Source: an uncultured virus (IMG/VR IMGVR_UViG_3300025135_000004)
Taxonomy: Duplodnaviria > Heunggongvirae > Uroviricota > Caudoviricetes
DNA: 64,000 bases
IMG/VR virus record: IMGVR_UViG_3300025135_000004
Direction: 5' to 3' (one strand)
Shown piece by piece: positions 19,988 to 30,920 of this stretch (positions are counted from its first letter, which is position 1; each line of letters opens with the position of its first letter). The notes beneath the pieces are model-generated. The model had not been told where the DNA came from and did not search any database. It was given only the letters and a program-made list of their open reading frames with translations. The position numbers and the translations under genes are program-made.

Positions 19988-20422
19988 TTACTCATCTTTC
20001 TTTTCTAAAATTGTTATATCTAATTTCCATTCTTTCTGACTTCTCTGGCTCCAGGTCTCAAAACAAGATTCAACATAAAGTTTCGCATCCTCTTCTGTGA
20101 TTCCGTTCACCTTTGCAAGGTGTCCAAGAGCTTCATCAAATTTTCCATTAATTTGAGCAAGCCCTATGTGCTTAACTTGATGGCAACTTGGACAAAGAGC
20201 TATTAATCCACCAAGAGTTTGCTTACACTCAGTATCATCATACTCCCAAATCTCGTGACACTCCACTGGGTGCTTCGGTCCCTTTCCAGAACATATTTCA
20301 CACCTATATCCAGCTTTCTTGTAACATTCTTTTCTGAGAACATCCCACTCTTGAGTTGTCACATTACTCCTTACATTACTATACCAAGCTGTACTTGGAA
20401 CTAATTCAATTGTTAACTTCAT
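19988..20422 (-). CDS. HNH-family Zn-binding endonuclease-like protein
   Basis: CEICS...ECHEIW...LCPSCHQVKH. Confidence 0.7.
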   Translation of the reverse strand: MKLTIELVPSTAWYSNVRSNVTTQEWDVLRKECYKKAGYRCEICSGKGPKHPVECHEIWEYDDTECKQTLGGLIALCPSCHQVKHIGLAQINGKFDEALGHLAKVNGITEEDAKLYVESCFETWSQRSQKEWKLDITILEKKDE

Positions 20423-20681
20423 CTTTATAAACTTTTTCTCCAGTTGGCATATCTATCCAATACTCTCTTATATTGGGGTCTTTTTTTTCTACCCTTCTTG
20501 TTGTATAGGTTGTGACCACATCTCTAACTACTGTAAATAATTTCTCACATTCATCACATTCATATTCATAATCATCCTGACTAAAGTGACAAAAATTTTC
20601 TGGATGTTCTGCCTGTTCTACTCCGCAATGAGGACAGTATACAGAATACGCCTCTATTGACTCTGCTGGTTCTTTATTCAT
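20406..20681 (-). CDS. Small zinc-ribbon protein
   Basis: CPHCG...CDEC. Confidence 0.55.
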   Translation of the reverse strand: MNKEPAESIEAYSVYCPHCGVEQAEHPENFCHFSQDDYEYECDECEKLFTVVRDVVTTYTTRRVEKKDPNIREYWIDMPTGEKVYKDEVNN

Positions 20682-23600
20682 CTACTTATTTTTACTAATA
20701 TCTTTATCAACTCTAACTATCCTTGTTCCTCTCTTGAAATTTATGTAACCTTTCTCATTCTTAACGAATTCAGCTACATAGATTCCATTTGTAGCAAGAA
20801 CTGGTAGAAGGTCTTGGACTGTTGGTTCAAATGCTCTAAGTGTCGTGAAACTAATTCCATCCCCAACTTTCATCGTTAAATATTCCTTTCCAGTCTTGCC
20901 CTGCATTAACCTAAATGTTTCCACAACAAAAATGTAGTAGTCATTGTCGTCAAAATTAATCACAGTCTCAACTGGCTTACTTCTCCTTGCCCTTTGGTTT
21001 ACATCATTCTTAATATCGAGCACATACTTAATTTTTTCAAGGTCAAAATTACAAACCTCGATAAAATCCAACCTCTTTAGCGCTTCTGATGTTGGAGGAT
21101 ATTTGTTCTCCTCTTTTTTAACTGGTATGTCAAACGCTGGGTCATTCATATCAAATAAAACACCTTGATTTGCTGGAACTTTTTTCTTTTTTTTCTGCTT
21201 AAGAGCCAATAACTGTTCTCTTGAATCGCCCCAATCATCAAAAACTCCCGCCTTAAGACATGCTGTGAATGCTCCTTTGTTAAACTTACTAAATGGCAAT
21301 CTCATGAATGTACTCATATTGATTGTCTCAAGTGTTTTTTTTGGCTTTCCACTATCCACTGGAATGTCTGCTATCAATTGAACCATTTCCTCATAAGCAA
21401 TTGGACCAAGGCCATTAATTCCAGAAAATCCAATTGATATTTCATGCTCGCCAGTCATTGTCCATTCCCACCCAGACTTTCTTGAAGGTCTCTTGATTAC
21501 AATTCCCTTAGACATTGCTGAGGCAATTGCAGACGCAATCCATTGTTGCTGCTTTTCTTTTGTGCCAGATTTTGGGTGATTTAATAATGCTGTATAAAAC
21601 TCTGTAGGATAGTAGTGCTTCAAATATAGAGTTTGCATTGCAAGATAGCTATATGATAATGAGTGACTCTTGTTGAATGAATATCCAAGATACTGAATAA
21701 CCCAATCCTTAATCTTATCAACCTCACCTTTATCATAACCCTGCGCAGCAGCTCCATCAAGGAACATATTCCAATACTGTTGGAAACCTTTCCAATTCGA
21801 GTTATTTTCTTCTTCTGGAGTTAACTTTTCCCCAGCCGAGTGTCGAGCAATAATCCTACTCGCCTTATCCATGTATCGTCTAAGATTATCTCCCTTACCA
21901 AGGCCCATTCCACCAATCTTGTCAGCAATGAACATTAGTTGTTCCTGGAATACAAGTACTCCATTTGTCTCCCTAAGAATAGGCTCAAGAGCTGGGTGAA
22001 CCAAGTTAATTTTTTCAGGATTAAATTTATTCATGATGAACTCTTCGTGAGCGCCAATACCCATTGGTCCTGGACGATATAGTGCATTACAGGCAACAAG
22101 TTCTTCAAACCTTTCAACTTGCATGCCTCTAATTAAGTTGTTCATACCATGGCTCTCAAACTGAAATATACCATGATTCAAACCAAGCCTAAGTTCAATA
22201 AACAAATTATCATCTTCAAGGTCAACATAATCAACCTTATCAGATATGTCGATTCCCTTATTTTTCTTCACAATCTCAATCGTATCTTTAATTACATTGA
22301 GCGTTTCAAGTTTAAGTCTGTCTAATTTTAGAATTCCAAGAGCTGACAAATCCTTTCCAGACTTATCCGCCTCTTGAAATGCTGTAACTATATTTTCATT
22401 TGATGCAATTATGTTTGTCGGAACATAATTCCAAGATACATCAGGAGTGATAACTATACCAGCAGCATGCTGTCCAATTCCTCTAATATTTCCCTGCAGC
22501 TTAAGAGCTACATCAATCATTTCTTTGTTCTTTGGGTCTCGAATCCAACTCCTAACTCTTGGAGTACACTCTGGCTTATCTGGCCACGTTTCAAACCAAT
22601 GCTTGAGTGTATCATTGTATTTGAGGAAATCTGGCATTTCATCAGTAACAGCAAATACATCAGAGCCAAATCCAGTTGCCTCCTTGCCTTGATATGCTCT
22701 AACAACGTCCTTGATTGTATTCTTCTCAGAAAAAGTACCAAATGTACCAACAGACATTACACGTTCCTTCCCATATTTTTCAATTAAAAACTGATTTGTG
22801 ATGTCATCAGTTCCAGTCATAAAATCTATGTCAATATCAGGAGGTGAATTTCTCTCTGGGTTTAGGAATCTCTCAAAGTATAAGCCAAATCTTATTGGGT
22901 CAATCTTAGTAATGTCAAGACACCATGATAACAGCGAGCCAGCAGCTGAACCACGAGCAGGACCAATATCATAACCCCTGTTTCTGTAGTAGTTTATAAT
23001 CTCCCAGTTCACAAGAAAGTAATCAAGCATCTTCTTAGATTCGATGACTTCAAGCTCATAATTAAGGCGGTCAACATAATCCTTAATTTTATCATCTGTC
23101 ATTTCAACAATACCATTTTCCTGATACTTCTTAATCTTCTTCTTTAGTTTTGCAAAGGCAAGTTTTTTAATAATCTCATCCGACTTTTCAGTACCAAAGT
23201 ATTTGACAACATCTTCAGTGGGCTCATACCTTGGATATTTTTCAACACCAGTCTCGAATTCAAAATTACACTTCTCAGAAACTTTAAGTGTATTGTTCAT
23301 ACATAATTCAAGGAATGTATCTGGATAGTTAAAATCATACTTAGAATTCATCTGCCTAAAATCTTCACTCCCAAAATACCAAAGCTCTCTATTTTCCTTC
23401 AGGGAGCAGTTAGACATAGGTCGATGCTGCTTAATTGATGTCACAATGTCTTGTAGAACAGAGTCCTCTTTAGATGGATAGTAAGTATCATTGCTTAACA
23501 CTGGCATGATATTATACTTCCGCATCATCTTAAGCAAGAAGTTATTATACTGTTTTTGATTGGCGAATTTACTAAATTTTAATTCTATTATGAGGTCATC

Positions 23601-24770
23601 TCCAAACTCGGACCTCATCATGTTTACATAATTTTCTGCATCATTTTCTTTTCCTCTCAACACCATACTTGCAAGTTTGCTATCAAGACCTGATGTAGAC
23701 ACAAGAAGACCTTCTTTATATTTCAAAAGCCAATCAGTAGTTATTCTCCCCTCTTTCTTGTAGTAGCCTTCTGTATTTGCAAGATACAGCAGGTGATTTA
23801 AGTTGCTATACCCAGCTTTATCTTTTATGAATATCTTAATTTTAAAATTATCGCCCTCAATAGCTTTATCTTCAAACGCCCCAATATTATCATTTAATAG
23901 CACTTCAATCCCAAAAACTGGTTTAATACCCTTGGACTTGCACTTGTTAAAAAATTCGAATGTTCCAGATAAAGTTGCATTATCAGTTATGGCCATAGAT
24001 GTGTGACCAAGTGATTGAGCTATTTTTATGTACTCATCAACAGAGCCAGCCCCTTCAAGTATTGAGTGAAAAGTGTGAAGCCCAAGCGGAACCATCGGAA
24101 TAGAGCTATTACTCTCAGATTTAGATGGAGTATTGCTTTCTACAAATTCAACAAGTGATTCTGTGCTAACCTCACTATCACTTTCTTTAAACCCAAGAAC
24201 TCCTATTTCTTGTAATTTAAAGAAACACCTTGCTAATGCAGTAACATCCGCAAGTGCATCGTGCGCATCTTCAAATCCTCTTCCAAAAAGCTTTTCATGA
24301 AGCTCAGCCATTGATGGATACTTAAACCCACTTCTTCCCATCTTGTTTGGCAAGCCAACAAATTCTGTTGTGCTTGTCATGGTATCAATATGCAAGATGT
24401 CTGGGATGTAATTATGCATCCCCTCTCTCAATAGCTCACACCCAACCACATTTTCATCAAATGTAATGTTGTGTGCAATAAGATATTTACTATTCTTTAC
24501 AACTTGTGCAAATTTTTGAAGCGCTTCCCTAAGAGGTACTCCTTCGGCTTTGGCTCTCTCATTTGTAATTCTATGAATCTTAATGACATCATCAGGAATG
24601 ACATAGCCCTGAGGCTTAATGATTAGATTCTGAGAATCTATTTCTACCCCATTTTTGTCGAAGACTTTCCATGCAATCTGAACCATTCTTGGCCAATTGT
24701 TGAAGTCTGTTATGGGTGCGGAGAAGCTCTTTGCCTTACCAGTTGTTTCGGTATCAAATACTATATACAT
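20682..24770 (-). CDS. dnaE: DNA polymerase III alpha subunit (family C) with N-terminal DEDDh 3'-5' exonuclease
   Basis: FDTETTG, AHNITFD, AHDALAD (exonuclease); HTFHS/AITD (PHP); GPARGSAAGS, FERFLNPER..PDIDIDF, GIFQFES, GYSFNKSHS. Confidence 0.95.
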   Translation of the reverse strand: MYIVFDTETTGKAKSFSAPITDFNNWPRMVQIAWKVFDKNGVEIDSQNLIIKPQGYVIPDDVIKIHRITNERAKAEGVPLREALQKFAQVVKNSKYLIAHNITFDENVVGCELLREGMHNYIPDILHIDTMTSTTEFVGLPNKMGRSGFKYPSMAELHEKLFGRGFEDAHDALADVTALARCFFKLQEIGVLGFKESDSEVSTESLVEFVESNTPSKSESNSSIPMVPLGLHTFHSILEGAGSVDEYIKIAQSLGHTSMAITDNATLSGTFEFFNKCKSKGIKPVFGIEVLLNDNIGAFEDKAIEGDNFKIKIFIKDKAGYSNLNHLLYLANTEGYYKKEGRITTDWLLKYKEGLLVSTSGLDSKLASMVLRGKENDAENYVNMMRSEFGDDLIIELKFSKFANQKQYNNFLLKMMRKYNIMPVLSNDTYYPSKEDSVLQDIVTSIKQHRPMSNCSLKENRELWYFGSEDFRQMNSKYDFNYPDTFLELCMNNTLKVSEKCNFEFETGVEKYPRYEPTEDVVKYFGTEKSDEIIKKLAFAKLKKKIKKYQENGIVEMTDDKIKDYVDRLNYELEVIESKKMLDYFLVNWEIINYYRNRGYDIGPARGSAAGSLLSWCLDITKIDPIRFGLYFERFLNPERNSPPDIDIDFMTGTDDITNQFLIEKYGKERVMSVGTFGTFSEKNTIKDVVRAYQGKEATGFGSDVFAVTDEMPDFLKYNDTLKHWFETWPDKPECTPRVRSWIRDPKNKEMIDVALKLQGNIRGIGQHAAGIVITPDVSWNYVPTNIIASNENIVTAFQEADKSGKDLSALGILKLDRLKLETLNVIKDTIEIVKKNKGIDISDKVDYVDLEDDNLFIELRLGLNHGIFQFESHGMNNLIRGMQVERFEELVACNALYRPGPMGIGAHEEFIMNKFNPEKINLVHPALEPILRETNGVLVFQEQLMFIADKIGGMGLGKGDNLRRYMDKASRIIARHSAGEKLTPEEENNSNWKGFQQYWNMFLDGAAAQGYDKGEVDKIKDWVIQYLGYSFNKSHSLSYSYLAMQTLYLKHYYPTEFYTALLNHPKSGTKEKQQQWIASAIASAMSKGIVIKRPSRKSGWEWTMTGEHEISIGFSGINGLGPIAYEEMVQLIADIPVDSGKPKKTLETINMSTFMRLPFSKFNKGAFTACLKAGVFDDWGDSREQLLALKQKKKKKVPANQGVLFDMNDPAFDIPVKKEENKYPPTSEALKRLDFIEVCNFDLEKIKYVLDIKNDVNQRARRSKPVETVINFDDNDYYIFVVETFRLMQGKTGKEYLTMKVGDGISFTTLRAFEPTVQDLLPVLATNGIYVAEFVKNEKGYINFKRGTRIVRVDKDISKNK

Positions 24771-24889
24771 TTATTTCCAGTTTATTTGTCTCTAATTGGA
24801 AGATTGGAGCTCCCACAAGTAATTAACTGTAAAAGTATATTAAAAAAAAAGTGAATGCAAATAAATTGACAAAAAAGTTTATTCAGAAA

Positions 24890-25144
24890 TTAATAGTTCT
24901 CATAATCAGCTTCATAATCTTGCTTGGTCATTTGAATTTTTTTCTTTATTTCTTCCAAATGTTTTTCCATTAATCTACAACTTCTCCTGGCATCTGTACC
25001 AGCTGATTTAACCTTATTTGGTCCAAGAAATTTCTTTACCCTCTTGTCAAACTTTTTAAGCTCTTCAAGAAGGGCAAGAACCTCTTGTTTAATTTCGTAG
25101 TGGTCATTAATATTCCAGCCTTCGTAATAGCCTCTATCAATCAT
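24890..25144 (-). CDS. Histone H1-like (Hc1 family) small protein
   Basis: NKVKSAGTDARRSCRLMEKHLEEIKK resembles the GNKAAGTRARK motif of Hc1-like proteins. Confidence 0.5.
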   Translation of the reverse strand: MIDRGYYEGWNINDHYEIKQEVLALLEELKKFDKRVKKFLGPNKVKSAGTDARRSCRLMEKHLEEIKKKIQMTKQDYEADYENY

Positions 25145-25145
25145 G

Positions 25146-27188
25146 TTATTGCCTTTTTCTGTTTCTCAAGAATTTCTCAATATCATTCATCAACTCCTCG
25201 TTGTCTTTCCCAAGTTGATTAGAACCGTCAATTAATGGATTTGACTTAGGAGTTTGAATTACCTCTTCTTGTATCACCGTTTTTCCAGCACCTCTTTTTA
25301 TGAGCCCATCATTAATGCTATTAATTAACTTTTGAGATTCAGACTTCATAGAATTACTTCTCTTGATTAATGCATTATCTTCAACCTTTGGCTTATGGAC
25401 CTTTGATTCATCTTCTCCAAGTAATTCAATAAGCATTCTATCTACATACTTATCAGATGCATGTTGAACCTTTCTAAATTTAGACTCAGCAATTGGGGCT
25501 GCCTCTTCTGGAGCCGCCTCAGCTTCTGCTCCACCAACTTCCCCTCCAACATCAGCACCAAAGTCAAGCTCTGCGGCATCACCGAAGCCTCCTCCGAAGC
25601 CTCCGCCTCCGCCTCCACCAATATCTCCGCCCTCTTCTGCGCCTTCACCACTTTGTTGAGCTTTCATCATTTCTTCAGCTCCCTCAATTTCAAATTTATC
25701 ATCAAGGTCTCTGAAAAGTCCAATCTTCTTATACATTTCAACAGCACTGTCAATTTCAGCAAATATTTTCTTCTCAACTTTTTTCTGCTTAAGAATAAGT
25801 TTAATCTCATTCTTAGAAAAACCAAGAATATTTTCCATCGCCCAAACATAAGATACAGGAGATGTTGCCTCTGCAGAGAACATTTCCTTGAATACCTCAA
25901 GCCTTGCCTTCATTGTCTCCAACTTAAGCAATTCCTGTTGAGTAGATGGATTGTTAAGTGTAAGTGTAAAATTATCTATCTCATCTTTAAACCCATTAAA
26001 ATAAAGATGAATATTCGCAATCCTCTTCAGTTCCGCAAGTATAGCTTGCTGAATCGTATTAATTGTACGAGCAAATCTAAGGTCTTGCTGAGAAAGTGTT
26101 GAACCTCCTGGTAGGGACTCTCCATAATTCAAGTAATTTTTAGGAACCTGAAGAGATGCAAATAATTTATTTTGAAGATATTCAATATCTTGTATGTCTC
26201 CAAGATTTGATGCACCTGGGAGGGTTTCAATCCTTGATGACCTCTCAGCTCTCATAGGAATGAAGTAATCCTCAGTTACGTTCATTGGATTATACTTCAA
26301 GTTGATATTGCCAGTTCTCTGGTCAACTATCGGCTGCTTCTTAAGTTGAATCTGAAATTGTTGTATAAACTGAGCAACGTCTGCGTGTTCAAGATTACCT
26401 ACGTCAATGTAAAATACTCTTCTTTCTGGAGCTCTTGTAATACGATACACAAGCATTGAGTCTTCAGCAAGTTGAAGTTGTTTCCAAAGTTTTCTTGCTG
26501 GGTCAAGAATTGAGCGTCCGTAAGGAAGTTTTCTTGTATCCTCCAAAAGTCTAAAGTGAGCAATCTGCCAATCTTCAAAATAATCTCCAGTGGTATCCCA
26601 CCTAAATCTTATGTTATCGGTTTTGCCTTCATACCCCTCTTCTCTGTGAATTTCTTCAGAAGGCAGTGCCATTATATCATAAATTCCCTCATTCTTGTCA
26701 ATTTGTAGATGAAGAAAGAAATCTCCATACTTTAACAAATCTCTAATCCATAATTTAAGCGCAAAATCAATGTCAAGTCTGTTGTAGAAAAGGTCTTCAA
26801 GAACAGTTTTTACTCTTGAGTTTTCAGAAAATATATCAAGAATTTTTCCTTTTTCCCCCCTGGTGATGCACTCATCTCTTATAATGTTAAGTGCAGCTGC
26901 GATTTCTGGCGACATATCCATCGCCCTAAAGTCGTTGTAGGCAGAAATTCTATCTGTATCGTAATAAATAGTTCTTGTATACAGGTCATGAGCAATTTTA
27001 TTAACTTGCCAATCTAAAAACTGCTGCTGAACATGTTCAATATTATTATTTTCACGCTGACGTAACCCACCGATAGTATTTTGTACAACGCCTGGATTCT
27101 CTACCTGCGGTGTTCTACGCTTATTTTTATTGATGGCGTTATTAACGCCACTGAAAATACTTAAGTTATTTTTATCTTCTCCCGCCAT
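25146..27188 (-). CDS. gp20: Portal protein (T4 gp20-like)
   Basis: LAEDSMLVYRITRAPERRVFYIDVGN, EDYFIP, IETLPG..NLGDIQDIEY. Confidence 0.95.
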   Translation of the reverse strand: MAGEDKNNLSIFSGVNNAINKNKRRTPQVENPGVVQNTIGGLRQRENNNIEHVQQQFLDWQVNKIAHDLYTRTIYYDTDRISAYNDFRAMDMSPEIAAALNIIRDECITRGEKGKILDIFSENSRVKTVLEDLFYNRLDIDFALKLWIRDLLKYGDFFLHLQIDKNEGIYDIMALPSEEIHREEGYEGKTDNIRFRWDTTGDYFEDWQIAHFRLLEDTRKLPYGRSILDPARKLWKQLQLAEDSMLVYRITRAPERRVFYIDVGNLEHADVAQFIQQFQIQLKKQPIVDQRTGNINLKYNPMNVTEDYFIPMRAERSSRIETLPGASNLGDIQDIEYLQNKLFASLQVPKNYLNYGESLPGGSTLSQQDLRFARTINTIQQAILAELKRIANIHLYFNGFKDEIDNFTLTLNNPSTQQELLKLETMKARLEVFKEMFSAEATSPVSYVWAMENILGFSKNEIKLILKQKKVEKKIFAEIDSAVEMYKKIGLFRDLDDKFEIEGAEEMMKAQQSGEGAEEGGDIGGGGGGGFGGGFGDAAELDFGADVGGEVGGAEAEAAPEEAAPIAESKFRKVQHASDKYVDRMLIELLGEDESKVHKPKVEDNALIKRSNSMKSESQKLINSINDGLIKRGAGKTVIQEEVIQTPKSNPLIDGSNQLGKDNEELMNDIEKFLRNRKRQ

Positions 27189-27237
27189 TTATGTGCATTT
27201 TTATAAATATATGTATTTGACTTTCTAAATTAAATAG

Positions 27238-28983
27238 TTATCCCAAAAGCCAGCTTGTATCGTCTAAGTTGTCATCACTACCACCAATATTGATGTTATT
27301 CGTTCCGTTGAAGATATATAAACCACCCCCACCCTTAGGAATATCAACTCTCTTATTTGGATTGTTCGTCTCTGTTACTTTTCCAACAGTCGAACTGGCA
27401 TTCAACATCATTGCGTTGAGCATGCTCTTGTACATTTCTGTGCTGGCAGTAACATTTTCAAATTCAGTATCTCTTATGTACAATGCCAAGCCAAGAGCCA
27501 GAATAAGGTCATCATTAAAACCTGGTTCGTGCTCAGGCTTATCCCCATTCATGACAAATGTTTGAAACTCTGCCATTAATCTCTTGGAGTGAAGAATAAG
27601 AGAGTTTTCTCTCATGTGTTCAATAATGGCCTTGACAAGAAGTACCCTGTTTTTTCTTGATGTCTGGAATCCTGGTATCTCAGTTCCTTCATTAACTTTA
27701 TATGAATGATGTCTAACGTGTATGTCTTTGATATTTTTAGAAAAATATAACCTGTTTCTTGGATACTTGAATTTATCTCTTATATCGAAACAAACACCGA
27801 GACCAAATGAGTTTGCCTCAATTACAACATAGGCCATGTTATACATTCTCGCTATGTGATTAATTACAAAAGGAAACAAGTCTGGAGAAATCTTTTCTCT
27901 AAATTCAGCAACCTGCTCAAGAGTGTCAACATCAAGAATTTGTATTGTCGAGTAATCTTGTCCATCACCCCTGGCAACATCGGCCCCTAATATATATTGC
28001 CTGCCTTCTTCTGGTAATTTGAATATGGCCATATTCGTAACGTCACTAATTAAACTCGCAAAACTAAGTGGATTATCTTTTTCAAGATAATCAAATCTCA
28101 TGTAACCCTCCACCTTATGGTCATCCATGACTCTTGTGTGATATTTAGTTACAAGTTGAGGGTCTACCGCAAGTCTCTTAGACCCTTCAAATGAAAGGTC
28201 AAGCTCTTGGGCAATTTTAACGGAATCCCAATTTAATCTCTTACACTGAGATTCATACCAAGGACTCCACGCAACTTTTTCTCCACTTGGATTTAACTTA
28301 TACTCAAGACCATCAATACTATTGGGATTTTCGGTCCAATGAACCATGGTCCCCTCAAAGTCATTCTCATTATTAACAGCATCCACCCAAGTCTTGTAAT
28401 ATAAGTTACCAGTACCATTTGGAGTAGAAATCATTATACACTTACCTCCAGTCTGAGAAAGGGCCATACCAGCTCCCATCCAAATTGCCTCATCATCCTT
28501 AATAAAGGCAGTTTCATCAAGAACCAACATTGTAAGTGAATCTCCACGACCAGCATTCGGACTTGATGCCTTAGCTTCAGCGTATGAGTTATTTGAAAAG
28601 GATATTTTCTTTGTGTTGTTTTGTTCAATCTCATCTGGCTTTAGCCACACTGGAGTATGCTCAATAAACTGCTTAACAGTTTCAAGGAATCGAATAGCTC
28701 CAGCACCATCGTTGGCAATGATAAGAATCTTCTCATCATATCGAAACAAGAGTCTCCAAGCAACGTACCCAGCAGTAATAACTGATAGACCTGTCTGTCT
28801 CGACTTAAGAATTATACTATTTTGATATTTATGAAATTTTCTAAGACACTTATTTTGATATTCAAAACAAGTCATGGGAGTGACCATTTTTTCTTTCGCA
28901 TTAAATACATGCCCATATGTATTCATATAATACACAGGGTCTTTTGCACACTTCATGTACTCAAGCATTTTTTTATCTACCAT
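27238..28983 (-). CDS. gp17: Terminase large subunit (T4 gp17-like)
   Basis: KSRQTGLS, LVLDETAF, ISTPNG, GADVARGDGQDYS, IEANSFG, NDDLILA. Confidence 0.95.
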   Translation of the reverse strand: MVDKKMLEYMKCAKDPVYYMNTYGHVFNAKEKMVTPMTCFEYQNKCLRKFHKYQNSIILKSRQTGLSVITAGYVAWRLLFRYDEKILIIANDGAGAIRFLETVKQFIEHTPVWLKPDEIEQNNTKKISFSNNSYAEAKASSPNAGRGDSLTMLVLDETAFIKDDEAIWMGAGMALSQTGGKCIMISTPNGTGNLYYKTWVDAVNNENDFEGTMVHWTENPNSIDGLEYKLNPSGEKVAWSPWYESQCKRLNWDSVKIAQELDLSFEGSKRLAVDPQLVTKYHTRVMDDHKVEGYMRFDYLEKDNPLSFASLISDVTNMAIFKLPEEGRQYILGADVARGDGQDYSTIQILDVDTLEQVAEFREKISPDLFPFVINHIARMYNMAYVVIEANSFGLGVCFDIRDKFKYPRNRLYFSKNIKDIHVRHHSYKVNEGTEIPGFQTSRKNRVLLVKAIIEHMRENSLILHSKRLMAEFQTFVMNGDKPEHEPGFNDDLILALGLALYIRDTEFENVTASTEMYKSMLNAMMLNASSTVGKVTETNNPNKRVDIPKGGGGLYIFNGTNNINIGGSDDNLDDTSWLLG

Positions 28984-29030
28984 ACTTATTGTTTTTACAT
29001 AAATAGGGGTAAAAAATGCGTTTTTCGAAA

Positions 29031-29339
29031 TTACAGGCCTATATAGATGTTTGTGTCAAGTTCACTAAGTGGTTTGACAATAACACTGTCTGATATAAAT
29101 ATAACAGAAGTTTCATTGTTTTTTGCATACAATTGATAGTCGCCAGTTGTAGATGCTGACCAATCTGCCGTAAAAATGCCCCTATCTGCGTCTGTCAATA
29201 CTACGTTAACTGTAATGCCAGTGTATGAAACACCATCTCTATACATGGCTATGTCAAATGTGGCTCCAGTAACAGGGATGCTGTCTTGGTTAACAGATAG
29301 TATCTGCTCATATACGGTTTGTCCTGTTCCAATTGTCAT
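29031..29339 (-). CDS. Hypothetical beta-rich virion protein
   Basis: Late motif upstream; Ig-like composition. Confidence 0.5.
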   Translation of the reverse strand: MTIGTGQTVYEQILSVNQDSIPVTGATFDIAMYRDGVSYTGITVNVVLTDADRGIFTADWSASTTGDYQLYAKNNETSVIFISDSVIVKPLSELDTNIYIGL

Positions 29340-29367
29340 GTTTGATTTTTTCTATAAATAGAATTGT

Positions 29368-29856
29368 TTATTTTTTTCTTTTTTTTCTTTTTTCAAAGTA
29401 CTGGTCCTTCAAGTCTTTTTTAGCTTGAGTATAATTCCAGGCATCAACTGCATGCTGCTTTTGATTAAAGAAAAAATTAAGGACTTTACTAAATCTTATT
29501 CCAGACTTATTCAAATCACCATCAATTTCTAACTTACCAATCGTTGCTGATACAGAGATGTTTTTTTCAGTGAAGTGCGTATCCTCTTTTGCAGTAAACA
29601 TATCTTCAAGAATTTCTCCATTAACATTCCACCCAAGGTCAAGACTGTATGCTATTTCATAAAGCATATGCCCAATTGCCGCTCCAAATCCATCTAAAAG
29701 TCTCCACCAAAACTTGAAGAAGGCCTTCCAATCCTTCAGTGTTACTGATAACCAAATTGCATACCCAAGAGAATATGCTGTTCCAATTGAAAACATTAAC
29801 ACGCTCACAAGGCATGCCCAAATTAAAACCCAAATGCCAATAAAAAACTCTTTCAT
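29368..29856 (-). CDS. Hypothetical membrane protein
   Basis: N-terminal transmembrane segment; late motif upstream. Confidence 0.55.
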   Translation of the reverse strand: MKEFFIGIWVLIWACLVSVLMFSIGTAYSLGYAIWLSVTLKDWKAFFKFWWRLLDGFGAAIGHMLYEIAYSLDLGWNVNGEILEDMFTAKEDTHFTEKNISVSATIGKLEIDGDLNKSGIRFSKVLNFFFNQKQHAVDAWNYTQAKKDLKDQYFEKRKKRKK

Positions 29857-29885
29857 AATATTTTTTCTTATAAATAGTTTGAAAT

Positions 29886-30908
29886 TTATGGTGTCAACTT
29901 AGAAATTATAAACATTCTAATCGTAACTGTATCATTTGTTCCTGGCACAAAATTATCTAACCTTGAATAATTGGAAGCCATAACATCTTGAACCAACTTA
30001 CAAGGATTACCCTCACTATCTTCTTTCGTTCCGTATTCATAATAATCTGATATTCCATTTGCAACTTCTTTCATGAAAGGTATTGCATCAGACTCGGCAT
30101 CACTTACATTACTTAAATCTTCGCTGGTCATAATTATTAGCCCAACTACTTGTACTATCAAATTATTTATTAAATTTTGTCTTCTGCTCCTGCCCTCATT
30201 TCTTGCTGCCATTGGTTCATAAAACTTTTGGGTTATCTTAGAATCTAAATCTAATGAACCGTCCAGGCGATACCATCTTCGAGTAACAGTTCTTGAACCT
30301 ACGTAACCATCAGGTTTCATAAAATATTCAGCCCCATATTTTAATATTGGGTTTGAATAGTCATATTCTGTAAATCCAAGTTGATTTTGTGATATTTCTA
30401 AATGCTCAAAATACTCACACTCAATAAGCCATCCATAACTATCAAAAACGTATTTTGCATGAAGTCTACCGTCAATCTCTTTTTTATAGTCAATTGATTT
30501 AGGAGTTAAAAACGGATTTGATATTCCACGAGTCTCTATGGCATCAATTGACAATAAATTATAAATCTTAAAGTAATTATTATCATCCTGCTCTTCTTGT
30601 GTTAAAACTTCATCTCTCAATTGTTTTTCGACCAAAAAATGCTTTGCTACAATTTTTTTTTCTTCTAACATTAAAGATTCCCAATCTGTCTCATCATAAA
30701 CATGCTTTATTTGTTTACACTTTTCAAATTTATGACCATATTTTTGCCAATTCTCTATAGAGGTTATATTAGTGTAACCAACTTCTTCAGCATTAAATGT
30801 TATAATTATTGGCTCATTACCTTCTAATTCATCACTTGACCAAGAGTTGATGTCAATACCTACAACCCCTCTACCTTGTATATTATATCCGTGTATATAT
30901 TTTCTCAT
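29886..30908 (-). CDS. Hypothetical protein downstream of tail fibre gene
   Basis: 340-aa ORF coupled to 30921..32309. Confidence 0.55.
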   Translation of the reverse strand: MRKYIHGYNIQGRGVVGIDINSWSSDELEGNEPIIITFNAEEVGYTNITSIENWQKYGHKFEKCKQIKHVYDETDWESLMLEEKKIVAKHFLVEKQLRDEVLTQEEQDDNNYFKIYNLLSIDAIETRGISNPFLTPKSIDYKKEIDGRLHAKYVFDSYGWLIECEYFEHLEISQNQLGFTEYDYSNPILKYGAEYFMKPDGYVGSRTVTRRWYRLDGSLDLDSKITQKFYEPMAARNEGRSRRQNLINNLIVQVVGLIIMTSEDLSNVSDAESDAIPFMKEVANGISDYYEYGTKEDSEGNPCKLVQDVMASNYSRLDNFVPGTNDTVTIRMFIISKLTP

Positions 30909-30920
30909 ATCCTAATAAAT

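Noticed and set aside
25461..26102. 213-aa plus-strand ORF, and similar antisense ORFs such as 60772..61251
   Set aside because: Antisense to the portal or other well-supported genes, with Phe/Ser-rich shadow composition
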